Shown here piece after piece: positions 38,331 to 47,125 of a DNA stretch of 64,000 nt. The stretch comes from an uncultured cyanobacterium (GTDB taxonomy: Bacteria > Cyanobacteriota > Cyanobacteriia > PCC-6307 > Cyanobiaceae), in NCBI GenBank assembly GCA_963697335.1, contig CAVONQ010000005.1, positions 64,001 through 128,000 of the forward strand, in the 5' to 3' direction. The notes under the pieces are model-generated. The model was not told where the DNA came from and ran no database searches. It saw nothing but the letters and a program-made list of their open reading frames with translations. The first letter of the stretch is position 1. Each line of letters opens with the position of its first letter. Both the position numbers and the translations under genes were made by a program.

Positions 38331-39128
38331 ATGGCCAAGCACCTCCTGGTCCTGCCCCTGACCAGCGCCCTCCTGGCCCAACCCCTGGCCCAGCCGCTGC
38401 TGGCCGCCACGCCAGCCGGCTCCCCTGGCTGCCCCGTCGCCGAAGACAGGCACCTGCTGCCCCTGCCTCCAGCCGCTGAGCGAACCCCGCCCCCAGCAGC
38501 TCCAGCAGTGGCCCGCGACTACCGCCACCTGCTGAGGCCCACCCACAGGGGGTGGCCCCGGCGCGACCACTGGTGCGTCTGGATCGAGCCGGGCGCCACG
38601 ACAGGGCCGGCAGCCCGCTGGGATGGCCGTTGGCGTCAGGCAGTGCAGGCCGCCCTGAACACCTGGAGCGCGGAGCTGCCGATCACCCTGGTGGACGATC
38701 CCCGCCAGGCCCAGATTCAGCTGCTGCGCCGCCGGCCTCCCCTCAGGGGTGGGCGGGCCAGCCATGGCCGGGCCGAGTTGCAGCTCGTGGCCGTGTTGCG
38801 GCAGGGCCGCTGGCAGCTGGAGCCCGAGGTGCTGGTGAGCATCAGTCCGGGGCAGCGGCTGGAGGCCACCCAGGCCACGGCCCTGCATGAGCTGGGCCAC
38901 GCCTTCGGGCTCTGGGGCCACAGCGATGTTGCCGGCGACGCCCTGGCCGCGATTCCAGGCCCGATGCCAGTGCTGGAGCTGAGCGAGCGGGATCGGGCCA
39001 CCCTGCGCTGGCTGCAGGCCCAGCCCGGCCTCAGCCAGCCGCCGCCTGCAGCCACGGCGCCAGCAGCAGGGCCAGCAGAAACGCCAGCAACTGCAGGATC
39101 ACCACACACGGTCCTGAGGGCAGATTGA
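38331..39128 (+). CDS. Secreted zinc metallopeptidase (metzincin-like)
   Basis: HELGHAFGLWGHS (HExxHxxGxxH). Confidence 0.85.
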   Translation: MAKHLLVLPLTSALLAQPLAQPLLAATPAGSPGCPVAEDRHLLPLPPAAERTPPPAAPAVARDYRHLLRPTHRGWPRRDHWCVWIEPGATTGPAARWDGRWRQAVQAALNTWSAELPITLVDDPRQAQIQLLRRRPPLRGGRASHGRAELQLVAVLRQGRWQLEPEVLVSISPGQRLEATQATALHELGHAFGLWGHSDVAGDALAAIPGPMPVLELSERDRATLRWLQAQPGLSQPPPAATAPAAGPAETPATAGSPHTVLRAD

Positions 39129-39879
39129 GCAGGCCGGAGAGCAGCAGCCCGGCCACGCCGCAGCCGGCCCCCAGCAGGGTGGCCGTGGCCATGTAGCTGC
39201 CGAAGGAACGGCTGACCAACCGGGCCGAACAGGCCGGAATCACCAGAAAAGCACTGATCAACAGCACCCCCACCGCCTTGATCGAGAGGGCCACCACCAC
39301 CGCCAGCACCACCACGAACAGCAGGCGCTGTCGTGCCACCGCCACCCCCTGAGTGGTGGCCAACCCCTCATCGAGGGTGAGCAGGATCTGGCTGCGGCGG
39401 GTGAGCAGCAGGTAGGCCAGCACCAGCACCAGCAGGCCGGCGATCAGGGCCAGATCCAGCCAGCCCACCGCCAGGATGTCGCCGAACAGCAGCTGTTCCA
39501 GGCTGTTGCGCCGGCCAGGCACCAGGCTGAGCACCACCACTGCGATCGCCAGGGCCGAGGAGTAGACGATGTTGAGCAGGGCATCGGCGGGCAGGCTGCT
39601 GCGCTGCACCAGCTGGCCCACGAGCAGGGCAAACAGCACGGCAAAGGGGATCAACACCGCGGTTGGGTTCAGGCCCAGCACCAGCCCGAGGCTGATGCCG
39701 AGCAGGGCTGAATGGCCCAGGGCATCGCTGAAGAAGGAGAGCTGCCGCAACACCGCCACACTGCCCAGCAGGCCCCCGAGGCCGCCGCTGAGCAGCCCGG
39801 CGAGCATGGCCCGCTGCATGAAGGGCAGGGCCAGCAGCTCATCCAGGGGGGGCAGCGGGGCGAGGGCCACCGGGGTCAT
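39031..39879 (-). CDS. znuB: Zn ABC transporter permease
   Basis: FFSDALGHSALLG, LLFGDIL, VGVLLISAFLVIPA and NLPSGP. Confidence 0.9.
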   Translation of the reverse strand: MTPVALAPLPPLDELLALPFMQRAMLAGLLSGGLGGLLGSVAVLRQLSFFSDALGHSALLGISLGLVLGLNPTAVLIPFAVLFALLVGQLVQRSSLPADALLNIVYSSALAIAVVVLSLVPGRRNSLEQLLFGDILAVGWLDLALIAGLLVLVLAYLLLTRRSQILLTLDEGLATTQGVAVARQRLLFVVVLAVVVALSIKAVGVLLISAFLVIPACSARLVSRSFGSYMATATLLGAGCGVAGLLLSGLLNLPSGPCVVILQLLAFLLALLLAPWLQAAAG

Positions 39880-40772
39880 GGACTGGGCAGGGCCAGGCCG
39901 CTCGGATGATGGTGGTGGTACGGCACGTAGCCGGAGCCATAGAGGCGCTCCAGTTCCGCCGGTTGCAAGGCGTGGTCGGGCGGGCCGGAGCAGCGCAGGC
40001 TGCGGTTGAGGCACAGCACCCGGTCGCAGGTGCGGCGCACCATGGCCAGGTCGTGGGACACCTGCAGCACGGCCCAGCCCTCGGTGCGGCGCAACTCAAA
40101 CAGCAGGCTGTGAAACTGATCGGAGGCCTGGGGATCGAGGCCGGCCTGGGCCTCATCCAGCACCAGCAAGCGCCGCGGCCGCACCACGCAGAACGCCAGC
40201 AGCACCCTCTTCCACTGGCCGGGAGAAAGGCTGCTGATCAGGCGTTCGGCCAGATCCTGCACCGCCGTGCGGCGCAGGGCCTCGCGCACCGCCGCGCTGC
40301 GGCCGGCCCGGCGGCTCCAGGGCAGCTGCAGCCCGCTGGGCTCCCAGCCCAGGGCCACGAATTCGGCCACCGTGAGGGGAAAGCGGCCGCGAATCACCAC
40401 CTGCTGGGGCAGGTAGGCCACCTGGGCGCGCACGGCGGCAGGCAGGTGGCCTGCCGGAGAGAGGGGCGCTCCGAGCAGGCGCACCTCGCCGGCCTGGCGC
40501 GGCAGCAGGCCCAGGATTGCCTGCACCAGGGTGCTCTTGCCGGCTCCGTTGGGGCCTACCAGGGCCGTGTCGGATTCGGCCTCCAGCACAAAGCTCACGT
40601 TCTCCACAGCGGCGGGCCGTCTGGAGGGTGATGGCCCTGGGGCTGATCGCGCCCTCCCCCGAGGGCTCAGGCTGGTTGCAGGCCCGTCAGCGCCGCCGCC
40701 GCCGTGGACGTGGCCACCGTTGACGCCGCGGCACACGGTGAGTCCGCTGACTTCGAGAACGGTTTCCATCAT
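39876..40772 (-). CDS. znuC: Zn ABC transporter ATPase
   Basis: GPNGAGKST Walker A, LVLDE Walker B, VSHDL, C-terminal YHHHH. Confidence 0.9.
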   Translation of the reverse strand: MMETVLEVSGLTVCRGVNGGHVHGGGGADGPATSLSPRGRARSAPGPSPSRRPAAVENVSFVLEAESDTALVGPNGAGKSTLVQAILGLLPRQAGEVRLLGAPLSPAGHLPAAVRAQVAYLPQQVVIRGRFPLTVAEFVALGWEPSGLQLPWSRRAGRSAAVREALRRTAVQDLAERLISSLSPGQWKRVLLAFCVVRPRRLLVLDEAQAGLDPQASDQFHSLLFELRRTEGWAVLQVSHDLAMVRRTCDRVLCLNRSLRCSGPPDHALQPAELERLYGSGYVPYHHHHPSGLALPSP

Positions 40773-40781
40773 CAGTTGAAT

Positions 40782-41834
40782 TTAGCTGCCAGATGGGCGC
40801 GAACCCTTCAGCACCTCAACCAGGGCCGAGCCGTTGCGCTCCATCACCTCCAGGAAGTGGTCCGGGGCCTCAGCCACGGGCACCGAGGCGGCCTCGAGGG
40901 GGTCGAAGGGCACCAGCACCAGCTGCCGATCACGCACCAGGGCGACCAGGGCCCCGGGGGGTTCGCCTGGATCCACCAGGACGCCGTTGAGGCCCTGGCT
41001 GCGGACCACGGCGTCCACGCGGCGCAGGTCGGCGGGACCCGGGGCCATCTCTGGCTCCGGGACCAGGAAGGTGCTGCTGAGGCCGTAGCGCTGGGCCAGG
41101 TAGGGAGTCACATCGTGCTGGCTCACCAGGGTGCGGCCGCGGTAGGGGGCCAGGGCGGTCGCCAGCCGCTTGTCCAGGGCTTCGAGGCGCTCGGTGTAGG
41201 CCGCGGCTCGCTCGCGGTAGCCCTCGGCGCAGCCGGGGTCCTCGCGGATCAGGGCATCGCGGATGGTGCTCACCTGCTGGGCGGCATTGCGGGGATCGAG
41301 CCAGCCATGGGGGTTGTCGGGGCCGTGCCTGTGGCCCGCGTGGCTGTGGTCGTCGTGGCTGTGGTCGTCATGGCCCTGCTTGCCGCCATGGGGCTCCTCA
41401 GCAGGGATGGGGGTGAGCTCGGCGCTGGCATCGATCACGGTGAGGCCACTGGCGGCGGCGCCGCTCACCAGCTTGTCGAGAAAGGTCTCGAGCCCGAGGC
41501 CATTGATCACGAGCAGCTCGGCCTGCCCCACCTTCAGCAGATCGCCGGGGCTGGCCCGGTAACTGTGGGGCCCGGTACCCGGCGGCAGCAGCTGGGACAC
41601 CGTGGCGCAGTCGCCGGCGACGGCCTGGGTGAGGGCCGTGGCGGGAAACACGCTGGTGAGCACAGCCAGGCGCTGCTGGTCGGGACCCGACGACTCGGCC
41701 GGCGCTGAAGACCCCTGGGGCCCACCGGCGCGGGGAGCACATCCCACCAGGAGGGCCGTTGCGGCCAGACAACCTGCGGCCCGAAGGATGGAAGCGAGCA
41801 CAAGAACCACGTCGAGGAGGGGATCGCGGCCCAC
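40782..41834 (-). CDS. znuA: Zn ABC transporter substrate-binding lipoprotein
   Basis: LLVGC lipobox, GPHSY, NGLGLE, His-rich loop and NPHGWLDP. Confidence 0.9.
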   Translation of the reverse strand: MGRDPLLDVVLVLASILRAAGCLAATALLVGCAPRAGGPQGSSAPAESSGPDQQRLAVLTSVFPATALTQAVAGDCATVSQLLPPGTGPHSYRASPGDLLKVGQAELLVINGLGLETFLDKLVSGAAASGLTVIDASAELTPIPAEEPHGGKQGHDDHSHDDHSHAGHRHGPDNPHGWLDPRNAAQQVSTIRDALIREDPGCAEGYRERAAAYTERLEALDKRLATALAPYRGRTLVSQHDVTPYLAQRYGLSSTFLVPEPEMAPGPADLRRVDAVVRSQGLNGVLVDPGEPPGALVALVRDRQLVLVPFDPLEAASVPVAEAPDHFLEVMERNGSALVEVLKGSRPSGS

Positions 41835-41862
41835 TGAACCGCTGAGCCGCCAAGAGGCTAAA

Positions 41863-41877
41863 CGATAATGGTTCTCA
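41863..41877. promoter_or_regulatory. Zur box upstream of znuA
   Basis: CGATAATGGTTCTCA resembles TGATAATNATTATCA. Confidence 0.7.
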
Positions 41878-41895
41878 CTTTCTGCGGGGATGGGC

Positions 41896-42627
41896 TCACG
41901 GCCTGCGGGGCGCGCCGCTGCGGGCAGCCAGAACCTGCTGCACCTGCCGCCAGCTGACGCCGTGGAAGGCCAGGGCCACCTGCAGGTGATACACGAGATC
42001 GGCGGCCTCCCCAGCGATCTCCGCAGGCTGGCCGTCCTTGCAGGCCATCACGAACTCGGCACTCTCCTCGCCGATTTTCTTGAGGATGCGATTGTCGCCC
42101 CCCTCCAGCAGTTTGTTGGTGTAGCTGCCGGGCTCGGGCTGGTCACGGCGCCCCTCAATCACCCGCATCAGTTCGGTGCAGGCATCGGCGGGCGGCGGCG
42201 GCGCGGCGGCTCCGCCGGCACTGGGCTCGGGCCCGTCGTCATAGAAGCAGCTGCGGGCGCCGGTGTGGCAGGCCACATCACCCACCTGCTCGATGCTGAG
42301 CAGCAGCACATCGGCGTCGCAGTCGTAACGCAGGCCGCGCAGGTGCTGGGTGTGGCCACTGGTGGCCCCCTTGTGCCAGAGCTGCTGACGCGAGCGGCTC
42401 CAGTAGTGCACTTCGCCGCTCTCCAACGTGCGTTGCAATGCCTCCCGGTTCATCCAGGCCAGCATCAGCACCGCCCCGTCCAGCCAGTCCTGGGCCACGG
42501 CGGGAATCAGGCCATCGGCACTGAAACGCAGCGCCTCGATCAGGCCTGGCTCCGGCAGCTGCCCCGGCCCACGCTGAAATAGACCTTGCAACGTCACCGC
42601 TCTGCCGCTGCTTCGATCCTCTCCCAT
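41896..42627 (-). CDS. hisIE: Bifunctional phosphoribosyl-AMP cyclohydrolase / phosphoribosyl-ATP pyrophosphatase (start uncertain)
   Basis: WSRSRQQLWHKGATSG, DCDAD, ACHTGARSCF, KKIGEE and EAADLVYH. Confidence 0.95.
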   Translation of the reverse strand: MGEDRSSGRAVTLQGLFQRGPGQLPEPGLIEALRFSADGLIPAVAQDWLDGAVLMLAWMNREALQRTLESGEVHYWSRSRQQLWHKGATSGHTQHLRGLRYDCDADVLLLSIEQVGDVACHTGARSCFYDDGPEPSAGGAAAPPPPADACTELMRVIEGRRDQPEPGSYTNKLLEGGDNRILKKIGEESAEFVMACKDGQPAEIAGEAADLVYHLQVALAFHGVSWRQVQQVLAARSGAPRRP

Positions 42628-43117
42628 GCCCGCGCCGGCGACCTACACCTGCAGCAAGCACTTTGAGGGCTATCCGTGCTGCCATCGCCAGTGGCGCCAT
42701 GGCGGCCACTGCCGCTTCGTGCACGGCTACAGCCGCAGCTTCACCTTCTGGTTCGCCGCCACCGACCTCGATGCCTGCGGCTTCGTGGTGGACTTCTCCA
42801 GCCTCAGGCCCCTGGAGGCCCAGCTGGCCCACCAGTTCGACCACACGTTTCTGGCCAATGCCGACGATCCCCTGCTGGAGCAGTGGCAGACCCTGCACAA
42901 TGCCGGTGCCCTGGATCTGCGGGTGATGCAGAACGTGGGCATGGAGGCCAGTGCCGCCCTCGTGTGGGGCTGGGCCAACGAACTGCTGCAGCGCCGCGAT
43001 GGCGGCCGCAGTTGCTGCTGGAAGAGCGAAGCCCGGGAAAACAGCCACAACGCCGCCACTTACACCGCAACGCCGACGTGGTTCGAGGGCAGTCTCTTCG
43101 CGGGGCCTCAGGCGTGA
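42626..43117 (+). CDS. queD: 6-carboxytetrahydropterin / 6-pyruvoyltetrahydropterin synthase
   Basis: CHRQWRHGGHCRFVHGY, GFVVDF and FDHTFL. Confidence 0.85.
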   Translation: MPAPATYTCSKHFEGYPCCHRQWRHGGHCRFVHGYSRSFTFWFAATDLDACGFVVDFSSLRPLEAQLAHQFDHTFLANADDPLLEQWQTLHNAGALDLRVMQNVGMEASAALVWGWANELLQRRDGGRSCCWKSEARENSHNAATYTATPTWFEGSLFAGPQA

Positions 43118-44076
43118 GTCTCACCCGGCTGGCCACGGCCTGGGCCCTGTTTCAGGGGTTGCTGGTGGAGGCCCTGCCCTTTTTGCTGATCGGCGTGGCG
43201 ATCGCCGCCCTGGCCCGGCGCTTTGCGCCGGGGGGGCGCTGGCTGCGGCGGCTGCCGGCCCACCCCGTGTGGGGCCCCCTCACCGGCGCCGCCCTGGGGT
43301 TCGCCCTGCCTGCCTGTGAGTGCGGCAACGTGCCGGTGGCGCGGCGGCTGCTGGTGGGCGGCGCGCCGGTGGGCACGGGGCTGGGCTTTCTGTTCGCGGC
43401 TCCGGTGCTGAATCCGATCGTGCTGGCCAGCACCTGGGCGGCCTTTCCGGACCGGCCCTGGATGCTGCTGGCCCGACCCCTCGGGGCCGTGCTGCTGGCC
43501 CTGGGCCTGACCCTGGTGCTGCGGCAGCTGCCCGAGGCCGAGCTGTTCCGCACCGATCTGCTGGAGGAGCGGCGGCTGAACCAGCCCCTGAGCAGCGTCA
43601 GCCTGCTGGAGCGCCGCGCCGGGGTGGTGGGCCTCACCGAGCCGATGGCGCCGCCGCAGCCGGTGGAGCGGCCGAGCTGGGCCACCGTGCTGCAGCACGG
43701 CAGCCGCGAGTTCATCGATCTGGCCCTGCTGCTGGTGCTCGGCTGCGCCATCGCCGCCCTGGTGCAGAGCCTGCTGCCCCGCCAGTGGTTGCTGGCCGTG
43801 GGGGGCGCCCCCACCCTCTCGATCCTGGCGCTGATGGCCCTGAGCCTGGTGGTGTCGGTGTGCTCGAGCGTGGATGCCTTTCTGGCCCTGGGCTTCGCGG
43901 CCCAGGTCACACCCGGGGCCCTGCTGGCCTTCCTGCTGCTGGGCCCCGTGATCGACCTCAAGCTGATCGGTCTGCTGGGCCTGCTGTTCCGCCCCAAGGG
44001 CCTGCTGGTGACGGCCACCGGCGCCAGCCTGCTGGTGCTGGTGATCGGCCAGTGGGTGAACCTGTGGAAGCTCTGA
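43114..44076 (+). CDS. DUF318/YcgR-type permease
   Basis: EALPFLLIG, PACECGNVPVARRL, FLFAAPVLNPI and SVCSSVDAF. Confidence 0.88.
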   Translation: MSLTRLATAWALFQGLLVEALPFLLIGVAIAALARRFAPGGRWLRRLPAHPVWGPLTGAALGFALPACECGNVPVARRLLVGGAPVGTGLGFLFAAPVLNPIVLASTWAAFPDRPWMLLARPLGAVLLALGLTLVLRQLPEAELFRTDLLEERRLNQPLSSVSLLERRAGVVGLTEPMAPPQPVERPSWATVLQHGSREFIDLALLLVLGCAIAALVQSLLPRQWLLAVGGAPTLSILALMALSLVVSVCSSVDAFLALGFAAQVTPGALLAFLLLGPVIDLKLIGLLGLLFRPKGLLVTATGASLLVLVIGQWVNLWKL

Positions 44077-44077
44077 G

Positions 44078-44758
44078 ATGGCCAGCCTGAAACAACGCTT
44101 TCTGCCCCGGCTGCGCCAGGCCATGCCCCTGGCCCTCTGGGCCGCCGTGATGCTGCGCAGCAGCGTGGATGGCCGGCTGGATCTGCTGCTGCGGGCCGTG
44201 TTCCATCCGCTGGTATGGATCGCCGGGGTGCTGCTGCTCGGCCTGGCCGTGGCCCAGCTGCGCTGCCGGCCGGAACGGCCCCAGCCCGGCAGCGCCTGGC
44301 GGGACCTGCTCACCGTGGCCATCGCCATCGGCCTGCTGCTGCTGCCCCCCAACCCCTCCTTTGCCGATCTGGCCAGCCAGCGCCCCAGCGACGAGACCGC
44401 CGACGCCGAGCTCAGCTTCGTGCTGCCACCGGCCCAGCGCAGCCTCACGGACTGGGTGCGGCTGCTGCGCAGCCAGCCCGACCCGCAGCTGTTCGAGGGC
44501 GATCCGGTGCGCATCAGCGGCTTCGTGCTGCCGATCGAGGGGGAGCCACCCCAGCTGGCCCGGTTACTGGTGCGCTGCTGCCTGGCCGATGCCACACCGG
44601 TGGGATTGTCGGTGCGCTGGCCCAGCGAAGGGCCCAGGCCCCAGACCGACCAGTGGCTGGCCATCCAAGGCCGCATGGCGGTGACCGAGGGGCGGCTGGA
44701 GGTGGTGCCCAGCTCGATTCAGCCGATTCCGCGGCCGGCCCGGCCGCTGGAGCCATGA
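44078..44758 (+). CDS. TIGR03943/YcgQ-type permease partner
   Basis: G.PVRISGFV, ARLLVRCCLADA.PVG and DQWLAIQG. Confidence 0.85.
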   Translation: MASLKQRFLPRLRQAMPLALWAAVMLRSSVDGRLDLLLRAVFHPLVWIAGVLLLGLAVAQLRCRPERPQPGSAWRDLLTVAIAIGLLLLPPNPSFADLASQRPSDETADAELSFVLPPAQRSLTDWVRLLRSQPDPQLFEGDPVRISGFVLPIEGEPPQLARLLVRCCLADATPVGLSVRWPSEGPRPQTDQWLAIQGRMAVTEGRLEVVPSSIQPIPRPARPLEP

Positions 44759-46137
44759 AGCCCAGCTTCCAGGCGCTGCGCTCGGTCGGCAGCCGCGGCC
44801 TGTTCGGGGCCCTGGGGGCCCTGGCCGCTGTGGCCACCGTGCAGCAACAGCTGCTGGTGCGCCTGCCGCCCCGCCTGGAGCGCCTCAGCACCGCCCCGGC
44901 CAGCTCCGGCCCCGCGGCGCTGCAGGCCCGCTTCAGCCGACCGATCACGGCGGAGAGCCTGCAACAAGGCAGTCGTCTGGAGCCGGACCTGGAGCACCGC
45001 TGGCTGGGCCGGGGCGACAACCTGCTGCTCAGCCTCGGCGATGGCCAGCGGCTGGCGGGGCCCCTGCAACTCGATCTCGCCGGCCGCGATGGCCGCGGCC
45101 TGGCCCTGCCGCCCAGCAGCTGGCTGTGGGATCCCCGCCCCAGGGTGATGGCGGTGGTGCCTGAGGGGGACGGGGAGCAGCTGCAGCTGCGCCACCACGA
45201 CGGCAGCTGGAGCGCCATCAGCCCGGTGTGGCCCTCGATTCCCGTGGTGATCCCGCTCGGCAATGGCTCTGGGGTGGCCGCGGCCAGCCGCGAGCCCTCC
45301 GGGCAGCTGCGGCTCTGGACCATCGCCCTGCAGCAGCGCAACCTGGCGCCCGCTGAGCGCGGACTGGCGCCCGTGCGGGCGGCCGCCCCCCAGCCCCTGG
45401 GAGAGGAACGGGTCACCTTCGCCCACCTCAGCAGCAACCGGCTGGGGGAGCTGCTGGTGCAGAGCGGCGACCTCGACGACTCGGGCACCCGCGCCGAGCT
45501 GATCGCCCCGCGCCGCGATGGCACCCCCCAGGGATCACGCTCGCGCCTGCCCTGGCAGGCCACCGGGCCGATGCTGCTGCTGCCCGGCGGCGGCGCCGTG
45601 GTGGTGCCTGACAGCGAGGGGCTCCATCTCGAAACCCTGCCGCCCCGCCAGCCCCGGCGGCAGACCCTGCCGGGCAGCCGCGACCTGAGCAGCTTCTGTC
45701 CCCAGGCGGGTCGGGCCCTGCTGCTGCGGCACTGGCCCGACTTCCGCCGCTCCCTGGAGCTGGTGGAGCCGGGCCAGGCGCCTCGCCAGCTGTGGCTGGG
45801 CTCGGAGGCCGTGGTGGCCAGTGCCTGCAGCCGGGGCGGCGAGCGCGCCTGGGCGCTGCTGGTGGAGGGCCGCGGCCAGCCGGAACTCTCCCTGCTGGTG
45901 CTGGACCGACAAGGCAGGGAGCTGGGGCGCCGCCGCCTCAGCGGCTGGGAGCTGGAGCCGGGCACGGGCCTCCACTACGACCCCAGCAGCGAGCAGCTGC
46001 TGGCCGCCCTGCGCCCGCTCTCTCCGATCGGCGAGCCCCCCCCACCGGCCCAACCCGTGCTGATTGACGCGGTGAGCCTGGCCCTGACCCCCCTGCCCCT
46101 GGCCGTGAGCCAGGTGCACTGGCTCCCTCCCGGCTAG
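44755..46137 (+). CDS. Hypothetical membrane-anchored extracytoplasmic protein
   Basis: N-terminal anchor, FSRPI Ig-like segment, beta-rich remainder; ATGA overlap with the previous gene. Confidence 0.65.
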   Translation: MKPSFQALRSVGSRGLFGALGALAAVATVQQQLLVRLPPRLERLSTAPASSGPAALQARFSRPITAESLQQGSRLEPDLEHRWLGRGDNLLLSLGDGQRLAGPLQLDLAGRDGRGLALPPSSWLWDPRPRVMAVVPEGDGEQLQLRHHDGSWSAISPVWPSIPVVIPLGNGSGVAAASREPSGQLRLWTIALQQRNLAPAERGLAPVRAAAPQPLGEERVTFAHLSSNRLGELLVQSGDLDDSGTRAELIAPRRDGTPQGSRSRLPWQATGPMLLLPGGGAVVVPDSEGLHLETLPPRQPRRQTLPGSRDLSSFCPQAGRALLLRHWPDFRRSLELVEPGQAPRQLWLGSEAVVASACSRGGERAWALLVEGRGQPELSLLVLDRQGRELGRRRLSGWELEPGTGLHYDPSSEQLLAALRPLSPIGEPPPPAQPVLIDAVSLALTPLPLAVSQVHWLPPG

Positions 46138-46161
46138 AACAGCCGCATCGACCATGCGCCT

Positions 46162-46608
46162 GTGGGTCCCACACTCAACGCCAGGCAGATGCGCCTGCTG
46201 GACACCCTGCGGCAGACGCCCCAGGAGCTCTCCGGCCAGGATCTGCATGCGCGGCTGAAGGCCGAGGCCGCCCCCATGGGCCTGGCCACGGTGTACCGCC
46301 ACCTGCGCCAACTGCAGCAATGGGGCCTGGTGCGCTGCCGCCATCTGCCCAGCGGCGAGGCCCTGTTCGCCCCCACCGAACGCGACGACCATCACCTCAC
46401 CTGCGTGGACTGTGGCCACACCCACAGGCTGCAGTGCTGCCCCGTGCACGGCCTGGAGCCACCCCGCAGCGAGCTGGCCGGCTTCCTGCCCCTGTTCCAC
46501 ACCCTGGAGTTCTTCGGGCTGTGCGAGGCCTGCCAGCAACGCCAGAGCCAGCAGGGATCCGAGGGGGTGGGCAGGGTTCCAGAGAGGGCGGGTCCAGGCC
46601 CCGCCTAG
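46162..46608 (+). CDS. zur: Fur-family regulator, Zur type
   Basis: MGLATVYRHL, DDHHLTCVDC and HTLEFFGLCEAC; inside the zinc cluster. Confidence 0.85.
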   Translation: MGPTLNARQMRLLDTLRQTPQELSGQDLHARLKAEAAPMGLATVYRHLRQLQQWGLVRCRHLPSGEALFAPTERDDHHLTCVDCGHTHRLQCCPVHGLEPPRSELAGFLPLFHTLEFFGLCEACQQRQSQQGSEGVGRVPERAGPGPA

Positions 46609-46652
46609 GTTCGAAGCGGCCCCGGTGGGCCCTCACCACAGCGCCTGCCTCC

Positions 46653-47114
46653 ATGAGCGAGACCGTCGACCGCCTGACCGGCCTGGGCTTCCAGGTGTTT
46701 CGCCGCAAGGACAGCGCCTATGTGATGCTCGAAGGCCCCCTGAGCTGGAAGCGGGCCCGCAAGCAGGCGCGCAAGCTCGGCGGCGACCTGGCCACCGTGA
46801 ACAACCGCAAGGAAAACCGCTTTCTCACCCAGCGCTTCTCCCCCATCGCCGCCGATGAGTGCGGGCTCTGGATCGGCCTCAAGCGCAGCAACAAGACCGG
46901 GGGCTACAGCTGGTCGTCGGGCCAGCGGGCGAAGTACCGCAACTGGCTGCCGGCGGGCACCCCCGGCTACCGCCGGCCCGAGCCCAGCCCGGAACGCAAC
47001 CAGCGCTTCGTGCACCTCTATTTCAATCCGAATGCCCTCGGGCGCTGGAAGAATTCCGACAACACCTACCGCGAGGTGCTGATCAGCGGTGGCATTGCCG
47101 AATTCCAGATCTGA
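46653..47114 (+). CDS. Stand-alone C-type lectin-like domain protein
   Basis: SWKRARKQARKLGGDLATVN..KENRFL, LWIGL, WSSG...YRNW. Confidence 0.75.
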   Translation: MSETVDRLTGLGFQVFRRKDSAYVMLEGPLSWKRARKQARKLGGDLATVNNRKENRFLTQRFSPIAADECGLWIGLKRSNKTGGYSWSSGQRAKYRNWLPAGTPGYRRPEPSPERNQRFVHLYFNPNALGRWKNSDNTYREVLISGGIAEFQI

Positions 47115-47125
47115 GCCCTCCCCCC

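Noticed and set aside
46653..47114. C-type lectin as a diversity-generating retroelement target
   Set aside because: No reverse transcriptase and no template/variable repeat pair seen in the window
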